Virus record (IMG/VR): IMGVR_UViG_3300014613_000003
Location: 1-63,101 of that record
From: a virus
Taxonomy: Duplodnaviria > Caudoviricetes
Length of the DNA: 63,101 nt
Reading direction: 5' to 3' (one strand)
Shown: piece after piece, positions 1 through 9,687 of the stretch
How the letters are laid out: each line of letters opens with the position of its first letter
Position numbering within the stretch: the first letter of the stretch is position 1
Notes under the pieces: model-generated
Database searches by the model: none
Told to the model about the DNA's origin: nothing
Seen by the model: only the letters and a program-made list of their open reading frames with translations
Translations under genes and position numbers: made by a program

Positions 1-123
1 ACGTGCTGGACACCGAGATTCGTGGCGCCAACGGCACGCTGATTCTGTTCAGCGGCCTGCAATCGCACACCGTCGACTCGATCAAGTCGTTCGAGGGCGT
101 CGACATCGTGTGGGTCGAGGAAG
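1..123. repeat. Terminal direct repeat (copy 1), assembly overlap of a circular or circularly permuted genome
   Basis: 1-123 is identical to 62979-63101 and falls in the middle of terL. Confidence 0.95.
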
Positions 124-1019
124 CCCACGGCGTCAGCAAGAAATCATGGGACGTACTAACACCCACGATCCGGAAGGCCGGTTCGGAAATATGGCTGACG
201 CTCAACCCCGACATGGACACGGACGAAACCTATGTCCGGTTCATATCCACCCCGAGCGATGACACGTGGGTATGCGAAATCAACTGGCGCGACAACCCTT
301 GGTTCCCCGAGGTGCTCAACCAGGAGCGCTTGAAGGCCAAGCGCACCATGTCCAAAGAGGACTACGAGCATATATGGGAAGGCAAGCCGCGCACCGTTGC
401 TGAGGGAGCCATCTACCGGCACGAAATCGTCGACCTGATCGGCGGTGGTCGCCTTACCACTGTTCCATACGACCCGAGCCTGCCCGTACATACCGTGTGG
501 GACTTGGGCTGGAACGACGCCATGACGATCGGCTTCGTCCAGCGCGGCCCGATGGACGTTCGCATCATCGACTACATCGAAGACAGCCATCACACCCTGG
601 ACTGGTACGTCGCGCAGATCGAGAAGCGCCCGTATCGCTGGGGTACCGACTTCCTGCCGCACGACGGCCGTACCCGCAACTACCAGACAGGCAAGAGCAC
701 CGAGGAGCAATTGCAGGCGATGGGCCGCAATCCCGTCGTCCAGAACGCAACCAGCGTCGAGGAAGGGCTCAAGGCGGCGCGCATGTTGTTCCCCCGCTGC
801 TACTTCGACAAGGCCAAGACGGAGCGCCTGGTCGAGTGCCTGAAACGCTACCGCCGCGCCATACACACGCAGACCGGCGAGCCGATGGGGCCGCTACACG
901 ACGAGTTCAGCCACGGCGCCGATATGTTCCGGTACATCGCCCAGGCGGTGCCGGTAATGCAGAACGAAACAGCCACCCACACCTACAACGAAGCCCCAGC
1001 GCCAGATTGGCGCACATGA
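3..1019 (+). CDS. terL: Terminase large subunit, 3' part (joins 62699-63101 across the overlap; about 432 aa in total)
   Basis: Walker B-like IVWVEEA, nuclease motifs WDLGWND and HGADMFRY; the frame is continuous with the Walker A part at the window end. Confidence 0.95.
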   Translation: MLDTEIRGANGTLILFSGLQSHTVDSIKSFEGVDIVWVEEAHGVSKKSWDVLTPTIRKAGSEIWLTLNPDMDTDETYVRFISTPSDDTWVCEINWRDNPWFPEVLNQERLKAKRTMSKEDYEHIWEGKPRTVAEGAIYRHEIVDLIGGGRLTTVPYDPSLPVHTVWDLGWNDAMTIGFVQRGPMDVRIIDYIEDSHHTLDWYVAQIEKRPYRWGTDFLPHDGRTRNYQTGKSTEEQLQAMGRNPVVQNATSVEEGLKAARMLFPRCYFDKAKTERLVECLKRYRRAIHTQTGEPMGPLHDEFSHGADMFRYIAQAVPVMQNETATHTYNEAPAPDWRT

Positions 1020-1027
1020 GGAACCCC

Positions 1028-3304
1028 ATGGACGTAACCGCCGACACCGAGCAGCAAGAGCAGGACCAGGCACCAGTCGACGAGCTGGCGCTGAGCCTGG
1101 AGGAATACACCGAGTTCATGGAGGAAATCGAGGAACAGCCGAAGTGGCGCGCCACGGCCGACAAAGAAATGGACTACGCCGACGGCAACCAGCTGGCGTC
1201 GGATCTGCTACAGCGTCAGCAGGCGCTTGGCATCCCCCCTGCGGTCGAGGATCTGGTCGGCCCGGCGCTGCTGTCGATCCAGGGCTATGAGGCCACCGTG
1301 CGCACTGACTTCCGCGTCACGGCAGCCGGTGGCGCGGGCAGCCAGGACGTAGCCGACGCCCTGAACTACAAGCTGAACGAAGCCGAGCGCGAGAGCAAGG
1401 CAGATGCGGCCTGTTCCGATGCCTTCCGCCCGCAGATCGCCATCGGCCTTGGCTGGGTCGAGGTGCGCCGCGAGTCGGACCCCTTCAAGTACCCGTTCCG
1501 TTGCAGCGCCGTACACCGCCGCGAAATCCATTGGGACTATGCCGCCCAGGAGCGCGACCTGTCCGATGCGCGCTACCTGCGTCGTCAACGCTGGATGACC
1601 GGCAAGCGCGCCGCCCTGGTATTCCCCGAGCACCGCGAGCTGATTATGGAGATTGGGACCAACGGTCCTGGCTGGTGGGCAGAACAGGCGATCGAGTCGC
1701 AGGACGGTGGTACTAGCACTGGCCTGGCGAACGCATGGGCAGAGGCGCGCGGCTGGACCATTCAGGAAAACCGCTGGTACAACCCGACCGCCAAGGAAAT
1801 CTGCATCAGCGAGGTGTGGTACCGCCGCTGGGTCGACGTGCCCGTACTGGAGACGCCCGACGGCCGTGTAGTGGAGTACGACGAGGACAACGAGGCGCAT
1901 AACGCTGCGATCGCCCTTGGCCAGACCACCGTCACCCGCGCCGTAGTGGCCAGGATGCGCCGCAGCTACTGGCTTGGCCCGCACCTGCTACACGATGGCC
2001 CGAGCCCGTATAGCCACACGCACTTCCCCTACGTGCCGTTTTGGGGTTTCCGCGAGGACAGCACCGGCGTGCCATATGGCTACGTGCGCGGGATGATCTA
2101 CCCGCAGGACAGCCTCAACAGCGGTATCAGCAAACTGCGCTGGGGCATGGCCGTCGTGCGCACTGAGCGTACCGAGGGCGCGGTGAAGATGACCGACGCG
2201 CAGTTCCGTCGGCAGATCGGGCGCGTGGATGCCGATATCGTGCTGGACGCTGGCCACATGGCCAAGCAGGGCGCGCGCTTCGAGGTACACCGTGACTTCC
2301 AGCTCAACGCCCAGCACTTCCAGCTGATCGAGGACAGCCGCCAGTCCATTCAGCGGGTGTCGGCGGTCACGTCCGGCTTCATGGGCAAGGAAGGCACCGC
2401 GCGCAGTGGCTTGCAGGAGCAGACGCAGGTCGAGCAGAGCAATCAAAGCCTGGCCCGCATCATGGACAACTTCCGCGCCGCGCGGGCGATGGTCGGCGAG
2501 CTGCTTATCTCCATGCTGATCGACGACATGGGCGACAAGGAACAGACCATCATCATCGAAGGCGATGCCGTGCGCGAGGACCGCACCGTCGTTATCAACA
2601 AGCCCGAGCGTGATCCGGTCACCGGCTACAGCTATCTCAGCAATGACCTGCTGCGCACTCGCCTGAAAGTCGCGCTCGAAGACGTGCCGAGCACGGCCAG
2701 CTATCGCGGTCAGCAGCTCAACGCCATGTCCGAGGCGGTCAAGTCGCTGCCACCGCAGTACCAGGCGGCTGTTCTGCCGTTCATGGTCAGCCTCATGGAC
2801 GTACCGTTCAAACGCGACGTGGTGGAGGCCATCCGCGCGGCCAGCGAGCAGGAGACGCCCGAGCAGATCGAGAAGCGCATTCAGGAAGAGGTCGAGAAGG
2901 CGCTTATCAAGTCCGGCGCCGACCTCAAGATGCGCGAGCTGGCGATGAAAGAGGGCAAGACCGACGCGGAAATCGCCAAGATCCGCGCCGATGCTGTTCA
3001 CGTCGGCGTCCAGGCGGCGTACAGCGCCATGCAAGGCGGTGCTCAGGTCGCCACCATGCCGCAGATTGCGCCGATCGCTGACGTCATCATGCAAGGCGCC
3101 GGCTATCAGCGCCCCAATCCGATGGGCGATGACCCGAATTTCCCCACACCCATAGCCGCTGGTGCGCCGGTGGATCCTGCCTCGGTGCCTGGCGTAGTCC
3201 AGAACACCAGCCCGGCATTCCCCCCGGTGCCGCAGGACGGCGCCTCACCCATGGCCGGCATTGAGACGCCAGCCGTTACCGACAACCTGGACGCCGCGCG
3301 GTAA
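1028..3304 (+). CDS. Portal protein (P22-like podovirus portal)
   Basis: Follows terL; GAGGA RBS before ATG 1028 (alternative start 1016); FPYVPFWG and PQDSLN-type motifs; long coiled C-terminus. Confidence 0.85.
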   Translation: MDVTADTEQQEQDQAPVDELALSLEEYTEFMEEIEEQPKWRATADKEMDYADGNQLASDLLQRQQALGIPPAVEDLVGPALLSIQGYEATVRTDFRVTAAGGAGSQDVADALNYKLNEAERESKADAACSDAFRPQIAIGLGWVEVRRESDPFKYPFRCSAVHRREIHWDYAAQERDLSDARYLRRQRWMTGKRAALVFPEHRELIMEIGTNGPGWWAEQAIESQDGGTSTGLANAWAEARGWTIQENRWYNPTAKEICISEVWYRRWVDVPVLETPDGRVVEYDEDNEAHNAAIALGQTTVTRAVVARMRRSYWLGPHLLHDGPSPYSHTHFPYVPFWGFREDSTGVPYGYVRGMIYPQDSLNSGISKLRWGMAVVRTERTEGAVKMTDAQFRRQIGRVDADIVLDAGHMAKQGARFEVHRDFQLNAQHFQLIEDSRQSIQRVSAVTSGFMGKEGTARSGLQEQTQVEQSNQSLARIMDNFRAARAMVGELLISMLIDDMGDKEQTIIIEGDAVREDRTVVINKPERDPVTGYSYLSNDLLRTRLKVALEDVPSTASYRGQQLNAMSEAVKSLPPQYQAAVLPFMVSLMDVPFKRDVVEAIRAASEQETPEQIEKRIQEEVEKALIKSGADLKMRELAMKEGKTDAEIAKIRADAVHVGVQAAYSAMQGGAQVATMPQIAPIADVIMQGAGYQRPNPMGDDPNFPTPIAAGAPVDPASVPGVVQNTSPAFPPVPQDGASPMAGIETPAVTDNLDAAR

Positions 3305-3480
3305 TGGCCGGCGTCCGTCGCTATGTACTGCGGTTTGCCGACGGCAAGAAGGCAACCGCACTCGACACCCACGATCGCGACCCCGAGGAACTGATGCGCG
3401 GGGTCACTGACATTTTCCATACCGGCTACGTCGAGAGCATCGAGCCGGTACTACCCAAGCAGGAGCAGCAACATGATTAA
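3304..3480 (+). CDS. Hypothetical protein, 58 aa (MAGVRRYVLRFADGKK...)
   Basis: ATG overlaps the portal stop (TAATG) and the ORF fills the gap to the next gene; below the ORF-track cut-off. Confidence 0.6.
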   Translation: MAGVRRYVLRFADGKKATALDTHDRDPEELMRGVTDIFHTGYVESIEPVLPKQEQQHD

Positions 3481-4231
3481 ACCAACCGTAGGCCGCGTGG
3501 TGTGGTTCTGGCCGTCCGCAAATTACGCCAGCCAGCGCGGCATGATGTGTAGCGACAGGGCGCAGCCGCTAGCCGCCCTTATCGCCTATGTACACGGTGA
3601 TCGCATGGTTAACCTGTCCGTGCTCGACCAGAAGGGGGAGGCGTTTGCCGTGTGTAGCGTTCCGCTACTGCAAGAGGGCGACGAGCTGAGCCCCTGCTCG
3701 TTCTACTGCGAGTGGATGCCTTACCAGAAAGGCCAGGCGGCGAAGACGGACGCCCTCACCGAGCTAGTGAGCAGCATTGCCGAGGCCAAGCAGCCATTGC
3801 CCGAGCAGGCACCAGCAGGTCCGGCGCTGACCATGGCTGATATCGACGCGGTGATCGTGGACGAGTCCTACCAGGTGCTGAACGGCTCGCTGGTGACAAC
3901 CTGCTGCTTGACGCTGCGCAACGGCACGAAGGTGGTAGGGATCAACTACGGGTCGGTATCGGCGAGCAACTACTGCCCCGAGAAAGGCCGCCAGTACGCC
4001 CGCGAGCACGCCATCGAGCAGGTATGGCCACTGGAGGGCTATCTGCTGCGCCAACGCCTGTATGAGCAGGACCAAGACGCCGAGCTGATGCTGATCGCCG
4101 AGCTGGACGCTGGCACCACTGCCGCCGAGGCGCTGGTCGACCATCTGCAAGCGATGGGCAGCCCTGTCCGCGCCACGATCCCGGTCAAGCGTGGCGATCG
4201 TGAGTACCAGATCACCGTATCACCCAAGTAG
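3473..4231 (+). CDS. Multi-domain protein with a central N4 Gp49/Sf6 gp66-like domain
   Basis: AGGAG RBS; TCCLTLRNGTKVVG...SNYCPEKGRQYAREHAIEQVWPLEGYLL matches the Phage_gp49_66 pattern. Confidence 0.7.
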   Translation: MIKPTVGRVVWFWPSANYASQRGMMCSDRAQPLAALIAYVHGDRMVNLSVLDQKGEAFAVCSVPLLQEGDELSPCSFYCEWMPYQKGQAAKTDALTELVSSIAEAKQPLPEQAPAGPALTMADIDAVIVDESYQVLNGSLVTTCCLTLRNGTKVVGINYGSVSASNYCPEKGRQYAREHAIEQVWPLEGYLLRQRLYEQDQDAELMLIAELDAGTTAAEALVDHLQAMGSPVRATIPVKRGDREYQITVSPK

Positions 4232-4323
4232 TCCAGCAGCTACAGTGTAAAATGACAGAGCCCGCAGGTGCGGCTAACACCGTGCGGGCTCCTAACCACA
4301 ACCATGTTCGGCAGGAACACGTT

Positions 4324-4959
4324 ATGGCTGACAGTAGTTTACTTGGCCGGCGAGCATGCCGGAAATGCGGCGCGCGGGAGCGTTACGCGAACGGGCAGTG
4401 CATACCTTGCGCCAAGGCATACGGCGCAACCTATCGGGCAGCCCACAGGGAGAGTGCTCGCGCAAGGGAAGCCAGATACCGCGAAGCAAACGCTGAAAAG
4501 AGACGGCTGGCGGCAGTCGACTACAGAGCTAGGAACGCTGAGAAGGTGCTTGCAAGTGACCGCCAGCGTCGGGCTGCAAACAAGGAGCAGCTTAGAGCCA
4601 GGGCGGCGGCCAGATACGCGAAGTTTCCAGATAGGGTGAAGGCCATAAACGCAGCGTGGGCCGCAGCCAACCCCGAGGCGGTGCGCGTCAATGACCAGAA
4701 TCGGAAGGCTCGAAAGCGAAACGCGGGCGGTACGCTGTCCGCTGACATAGTCCACAAGCTGCTTTCCCTACAGCGTGGGAAGTGCGCGTGCTGCAATCTG
4801 CCGCTGGGCGATGATTACCAGATTGACCACATCACCCCGCTAGCGAGGGGTGGCACAAACTCAGACGATAATGCGCAGCTGCTCCATGGCAAATGCAACC
4901 GGCGCAAGCACGCAAAGCATCCGGTGACCTTCATGCAAGAGCTAGGCTTTCTGATCTGA
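4324..4959 (+). CDS. HNH endonuclease (probably free-standing homing type)
   Basis: N-terminal CxxC..CxxC; C-terminal CACC...IDHITPLARGGTNSDDNAQLLHGKCNRRK; atypical codon usage. Confidence 0.9.
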   Translation: MADSSLLGRRACRKCGARERYANGQCIPCAKAYGATYRAAHRESARAREARYREANAEKRRLAAVDYRARNAEKVLASDRQRRAANKEQLRARAAARYAKFPDRVKAINAAWAAANPEAVRVNDQNRKARKRNAGGTLSADIVHKLLSLQRGKCACCNLPLGDDYQIDHITPLARGGTNSDDNAQLLHGKCNRRKHAKHPVTFMQELGFLI

Positions 4960-4990
4960 TCTAGTGCGATAACGCACTCCCGAAGCGCCC

Positions 4991-5025
4991 AGCCCGCCAC
5001 ATCTAACGTGAGCGGGCTTTTTTTT
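4991..5025 (+). terminator. Rho-independent terminator
   Basis: AGCCCGC...GCGGGCT stem followed by a T-tract. Confidence 0.85.
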
Positions 5026-5034
5026 GCTCAAGCC

Positions 5035-5062
5035 TTGCACCGCCTCCCAAGTCACATAGCGT
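5035..5062 (+). promoter_or_regulatory. Late-type promoter copy 1 (TTGCAC-N16-TAGCGT, AGTCACA in the spacer)
   Basis: Same motif and spacing at six late operon starts. Confidence 0.75.
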
Positions 5063-5074
5063 CCGGCTCGTCAT

Positions 5075-5090
5075 GGGACGATTTCGTCCC
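5075..5090. promoter_or_regulatory. GGGAC-N6-GTCCC palindrome (putative protein-binding site)
   Basis: Perfect copy directly downstream of the late promoter; recurs across the genome. Confidence 0.6.
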
Positions 5091-5143
5091 TTGATCTACC
5101 GCGAACCCTTGGGGCCACTCCGATATGTGGCGGGACGAGGCAA

Positions 5144-6130
5144 ATGACACACGAAGAGTTTTTACAGCAGCACGGCGGGGAAATGACCCCCGAACTGGCC
5201 GCCCAGCTCCTAGAGCTTGGCGATATGGGCGATACCGGCACCCAGCCGGATGAAGGCGGCGAGCCCAACGCAGCCCCAGTGACGGACGAAAGCACCCCCG
5301 GCGCTACGGATGACAACGCAGGCAAGCCTGGCGCCAACGACGAACCAGAAGATCCGGCGAACGCCGTAGTCCTGGCGAAGGATGGGAAACACACCATTCC
5401 GTTTGAGAAGTTGGTAGAGGCACGCGAGGCACGTAAGACCGCAGAGGCAGCGCTGGCCGCCGCAAACACTGAGCTGGAAAGCCTTCGGGCAGCAGCACAG
5501 GAGCGCGCGGACGCCGGTATCGCACCAACGACGGCCGACAAGAACCTCGCAATTGCCGAGCAGGCGGTGGAACAGGGATTCGATCCAGGCCTTTTCGGGG
5601 ACTTCTCCGAAGAAGCGATCGCCAAGGGTGTGCAAACGCTGGTGGATCAGCGCGTCGGGGCCGCAGTTGCCAAGGCGCTCGAACCCTACCAGGCCAAGCA
5701 GACAGAGGACGCCACCGAACAGCACTTCAAGGCCATTTTCGAGAAGCACCCCGACGCCGATTCGCTTGCCGAGAGCAAGGAACTGGCCGACTGGATCGCT
5801 TCGCAGCCGAGTTTCGCGCGGGCCGGCTATCAAGCCGTGCTTGAGCAGGGCACGGCAACGGAGGTGGTGGAACTGTTCGACACCTTCAAGTCATCCACTG
5901 GAAAGACTCAACCCGCAGCCGCAGTGCAGGACTTGAAAGCCCGCGCCAAGGCAGCGGTCGCCAGCGCTAAGCCTGCGGTGCCGGCCAGCCTCTCGGATAT
6001 CCCTGGAGGAACACCTGGCCCGGCATCGAAGTTCGAGGCGCTGGACCAAATGAACCCCGCAGCACGGGTAGAGGCGCTGGAGGCTATGAGCCAGGCCGAC
6101 CGTGAACGGTGGTTTGAAACCCAAATGTAG
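5144..6130 (+). CDS. Capsid scaffolding protein
   Basis: Acidic coiled coil, TIPFEKL motif, immediately upstream of the capsid gene. Confidence 0.75.
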   Translation: MTHEEFLQQHGGEMTPELAAQLLELGDMGDTGTQPDEGGEPNAAPVTDESTPGATDDNAGKPGANDEPEDPANAVVLAKDGKHTIPFEKLVEAREARKTAEAALAAANTELESLRAAAQERADAGIAPTTADKNLAIAEQAVEQGFDPGLFGDFSEEAIAKGVQTLVDQRVGAAVAKALEPYQAKQTEDATEQHFKAIFEKHPDADSLAESKELADWIASQPSFARAGYQAVLEQGTATEVVELFDTFKSSTGKTQPAAAVQDLKARAKAAVASAKPAVPASLSDIPGGTPGPASKFEALDQMNPAARVEALEAMSQADRERWFETQM

Positions 6131-6140
6131 CTTTTTTAGA

Positions 6141-6156
6141 GGGACTTAAACGTCCC
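6141..6156. promoter_or_regulatory. GGGAC-N6-GTCCC palindrome
   Basis: GGGACttaaacGTCCC in the scaffold-capsid intergenic region. Confidence 0.6.
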
Positions 6157-6191
6157 CCTAAGCACAGTCCCGATAATTGCTAGGAGTTCCC

Positions 6192-7481
6192 ATGAGCAAG
6201 ACCCACACGCCGTATGGCGACGCAAACGCGATGGTGAATCAGGCGGTAGGCCTGTTCACCGCGCACAGCCAACGTAACACCACGCTGAACCGCCTCACCG
6301 GCAAGATGCCCAAGGGCACCGCCGGCGCTGAGGCTACTCTGCGCAAGCAGTCGACCCAGCACATGCCCATCGTCAAGTGCATGGACCTTGGCAAAGGCAA
6401 GGGCGACGAGGTGACTTTCCACCTGCTGAACCCGGTCGGCGCTAAACCGATCATGGGCAGCAACTACGCCGAAGGGCGTGGCGTTGGCCTCAAGCTGTCC
6501 GAGGATCGTCTGCGCGTGAACCAGGCGCGTTTCCCGATCGACTTGGGCGACACCATGACCACCATCCGCAGCCCGGCCGACTTCCGTCGCTTGGGCCGCC
6601 CGGTTGCGCAGAAACTGGCGGACGCCTATGTCGATCAGTCGCTGCTGGTCCATATGGCCGGTGCGCGCGGCTTCCACGACAACATCGAGTGGACCATCCC
6701 GACCGTCGCTGATAGCAAGTTCGCGGAAATCATGGTCAACCGCGTGAAGGCGCCGACCAAGAACCGCCACTTCATCGCTGACGGCACCAACGGTATCAAG
6801 CCGTTCGCCACCAACGCCGGCGAGGTCGATCTGACCACCACTGATATGTTCAACATGGACGTGGTAGACGGCGTTCGCAGCTACATGGAGCAGATCGCCC
6901 TGCCGCCGCCTGCCGTCATCTTCGAGGGCGACCAGGCTGCCGAAGACGAGCCGCTGCGCGTGATGCTGGTATCCAGCGCGCAATACAGTTGGTTTGCCAA
7001 GGATCCGGCGTTCCGTCAGATGCAGGCGAACGCCCTGGCCCGCGCTGGCATGGCGAACAACCACCCGCTGTTCCGTGGCAACGTCGGTCTGTGGAACAAC
7101 ATCCTGATCGTGAAGATGCCGAAGCCGGTGCGCTTCTACGCCGGTGACACCATTCAGTATTGCGCCAGCTACACCAGCGAAACGGAAAGCTCGGTGGTGG
7201 TACCGGATTCGTTCGGCACCAACTTCGCCGTCGATCGCGCGATTCTGCTGGGCGGCCAGGCCGTTGCCGAAGCCTTCGCAGCCAGCGAGAAAGCATCCAT
7301 CCCGTTCTTCTGGAGCGAGAAGGAGCTGGACCACGGCGACAAGGTAGAACTGCTGCTGGGCATGATTCGCGGCGTCTCGAAGATCCGCTTCGAGGTGGAC
7401 CACGGCGACGGCAAGCAAATCACCGACTACGGCGTGACCATCATCGACACTGCCGTGCCGATCATTGGCGCTCGCCAGTAA
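6192..7481 (+). CDS. Major capsid protein (N4-gp56/DUF4043-like)
   Basis: AGGAG RBS; DLGKGKGDEVTF, HPLFRGNVGLWNNI and DYGVTIIDTA motifs; strongly biased codons. Confidence 0.9.
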   Translation: MSKTHTPYGDANAMVNQAVGLFTAHSQRNTTLNRLTGKMPKGTAGAEATLRKQSTQHMPIVKCMDLGKGKGDEVTFHLLNPVGAKPIMGSNYAEGRGVGLKLSEDRLRVNQARFPIDLGDTMTTIRSPADFRRLGRPVAQKLADAYVDQSLLVHMAGARGFHDNIEWTIPTVADSKFAEIMVNRVKAPTKNRHFIADGTNGIKPFATNAGEVDLTTTDMFNMDVVDGVRSYMEQIALPPPAVIFEGDQAAEDEPLRVMLVSSAQYSWFAKDPAFRQMQANALARAGMANNHPLFRGNVGLWNNILIVKMPKPVRFYAGDTIQYCASYTSETESSVVVPDSFGTNFAVDRAILLGGQAVAEAFAASEKASIPFFWSEKELDHGDKVELLLGMIRGVSKIRFEVDHGDGKQITDYGVTIIDTAVPIIGARQ

Positions 7482-7544
7482 CTGATGGGCTAGGCCGGTT
7501 CGCGCCGGCCTTACCCAGCACCCTTAATGCAATAGGAGCCCATC

Positions 7545-8027
7545 ATGGCCGAAGTAAAAATTAGCCAGTTCCGTGGTCGTCAGTTCGGCGGCGCAGCTGG
7601 TGCGTATGGCAACCTCACCGTCCTGGCGTTCGCGCTGGCCACTGCTGCCAATGGCGGCGCAATCGGTGCCAACTCTGCCGCCCCGCTGGCGATCGGCGAC
7701 GTGGTAGACCTTGGCCCACTTCCCGAAGGCATGCGCCTGGATGACAGCACCGTCGTGGTTTCCACTGCGATGACTGCCCTCGTCACCGGCTCGCTTGGTT
7801 TCGTCTATGAGGACGGCGTAGATGACGCCTCGGTGCCGCAGGATCCCGCCTACTTTGGCGCCGCCCTGGCGCTGAACGCGGCTGCCCGTCTGCGTAACGC
7901 ATCGAGCAAGGCGATCGTGACGCTGCCCAAGCCTGCCCGTCTGGTGCTGACGGTCGCGGGAGCGGCCAACGCCAAGGCAAGCAAGCTGGATATCGTCGTG
8001 GTCGGCGAACTCACCGGCGACAAGTAA
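7545..8027 (+). CDS. Head decoration/cement-like virion protein
   Basis: AGGAG RBS, Ala/Gly-rich beta-type sequence, between capsid gene and terminator. Confidence 0.65.
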   Translation: MAEVKISQFRGRQFGGAAGAYGNLTVLAFALATAANGGAIGANSAAPLAIGDVVDLGPLPEGMRLDDSTVVVSTAMTALVTGSLGFVYEDGVDDASVPQDPAYFGAALALNAAARLRNASSKAIVTLPKPARLVLTVAGAANAKASKLDIVVVGELTGDK

Positions 8028-8036
8028 AGCAACCGG

Positions 8037-8062
8037 AAAAGGGGCCGCGATGGCCCCTTTTT
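8037..8062 (+). terminator. Rho-independent terminator (possibly bidirectional)
   Basis: AAAAGGGGCC-gcgat-GGCCCCTTTTT. Confidence 0.85.
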
Positions 8063-8076
8063 CATAGGGGAATCAT

Positions 8077-8928
8077 ATGAAAGTCATCCTGATATCACAT
8101 ATTGCGATGCTCGCCCATGAGGCGAACCGCGCCTATTGCCTGTCGCTGGGCGATGACAGCGTGCCCGTATGGGACGAGACGACCGAGGACCACCGCAACA
8201 GCATGCTGGCTGGCGTCGAAATGCACGCGGCCAACCCTGACGCCACACCCGAGCAGTCGCATGAATCCTGGCTAGCGCAGAAGACCGCACAGGGCTGGGT
8301 CTACGGCGAGGTCAAAGACCTGGAGAAGAAGATTCATCCGTGTTTCCGCCCCTATGCCGAGCTGCCGCCCGAGCAGAAGGCCAAGGACTACATTTTCCGT
8401 GGCGTCGTTCACGCCATGCTGCGCCTGGCCGAGGAAACCGAGCAGGAAGCCACGTCCGGTAGTGTCGATCCTGCAGCGGTGGTTGCCCTGGTGCCCGCGC
8501 CAACGATCGGCCTCGGTGAAATCGCCGTGACCTACATCGGTCGCCGCCCGACCTTTACCGATTCGATCTACGGTACCGGCCTGACCTTCGCCCAGCAGCA
8601 GACGCGCGTGCTGCCGGACGCGATCGCGGCCAAGTTCCTGCGGCATCCGGACGTGTTCGCCAAAGGCACCGGCGAGGCGGCGCAGGACGTAGCGCCGGGC
8701 GACGGCACCAACGAGGCGCTGGCCAGCATGAACAAGGACAAGACCGAGCAGGACAAGCAGCTCAACCAGTTGCAGGATCTGCGCGACAGCATCCAGCACA
8801 TGAACACCAAGGCCGCCCTGGAGGAGTTCGCGCGCACCAACTACAAGCAGGAGCTGGACAAGCGTAAGAGCCTGGCCGAGCTGCGCACCGAGGTGATTGG
8901 CTTCATTGACCGCTTCGGAGCCGTGTAA
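8077..8928 (+). CDS. RyR-domain protein fused to a head-region domain
   Basis: HESWLAQKTAQGWVYGEVKDLEKKIHPCFRPYAELPPEQKAKD is the RyR repeat signature. Confidence 0.8.
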   Translation: MKVILISHIAMLAHEANRAYCLSLGDDSVPVWDETTEDHRNSMLAGVEMHAANPDATPEQSHESWLAQKTAQGWVYGEVKDLEKKIHPCFRPYAELPPEQKAKDYIFRGVVHAMLRLAEETEQEATSGSVDPAAVVALVPAPTIGLGEIAVTYIGRRPTFTDSIYGTGLTFAQQQTRVLPDAIAAKFLRHPDVFAKGTGEAAQDVAPGDGTNEALASMNKDKTEQDKQLNQLQDLRDSIQHMNTKAALEEFARTNYKQELDKRKSLAELRTEVIGFIDRFGAV

Positions 8929-9587
8929 TGACCCGCAACGACCTGGTGCGCGAGTTCCGCATCGCCACACAGGACCAGGTAGCGCCGTATCTGTGGGACA
9001 CCGCCGATATCGTGCGCTGGCTGGAGGAAGCGGAGCGCGAGGCGTGTGTGCGTCGGCGGTTGCTCCATGAGTCGGCGCTGCCCGACGTGTGCCAGATCGT
9101 TATAGCGCCAGGCGTTGCGGTCTACCCGCTCCACCCCAAGCTGTACGAGCTGGACCACATCGGCTTCAAGGAAGAAGGCGATACGCGCCGGCGGCCCATC
9201 GAGCAGGTTTCGACGGGATACCTGGACAACACGGTGCCCGAGTGGCGCGATCGCGCTGGCTGCCCTCGGTATGCGGTGCAAGGCGATACGACGCTACGCC
9301 TGGTGCCAACGCCCGATCAGGCCGGCACGCTGTTTCTGGAGGGCTACCGCTTGCCGCTGGAGGTGGCGGGCGCGACTACCTTCGAGATTCACCAGGCGCA
9401 CCACCGCAACCTGCTGGATTGGGCGCTGTTCCGCGCGTTCTCGGTACCGGATGCCGACACGCTGGACCTGAACCGATCCGAGGTCGCCGAGAAGGCTTTC
9501 GCTGAATACTTTGGCGATCGCCCCGACAGTGACCTTCGCCGCCTGACCCGCACCGACCTGGACCAGCACAACGTTGCATGGCCCTGA
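8928..9587 (+). CDS. Head-tail adaptor protein (podovirus)
   Basis: Position and size; YLWD..IVRWLEEAEREAC and HRNLLDWALFRAF motifs typical of podovirus adaptors. Confidence 0.7.
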   Translation: MTRNDLVREFRIATQDQVAPYLWDTADIVRWLEEAEREACVRRRLLHESALPDVCQIVIAPGVAVYPLHPKLYELDHIGFKEEGDTRRRPIEQVSTGYLDNTVPEWRDRAGCPRYAVQGDTTLRLVPTPDQAGTLFLEGYRLPLEVAGATTFEIHQAHHRNLLDWALFRAFSVPDADTLDLNRSEVAEKAFAEYFGDRPDSDLRRLTRTDLDQHNVAWP

Positions 9588-9624
9588 CGAACTGCCCGGC
9601 CGCATTGGCCGGGCGTTCTATCGC

Positions 9625-9652
9625 TTGATCTAGCCACACAGTCACATAGCGT
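9625..9652 (+). promoter_or_regulatory. Late-type promoter copy 2 (TTGATC-N16-TAGCGT)
   Basis: Conserved AGTCACATAGCGT, preceded by a hairpin at about 9593-9615. Confidence 0.75.
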
Positions 9653-9687
9653 CCGGCTCATCCCCTACCTACCGAGCCGGAGCGCCC

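Noticed and set aside
497-1015. N-terminal extension of the 935-aa portal ORF
   Set aside because: Overlaps terL, has Arg/Pro-rich shadow composition, and a good RBS/ATG exists at 1016-1028
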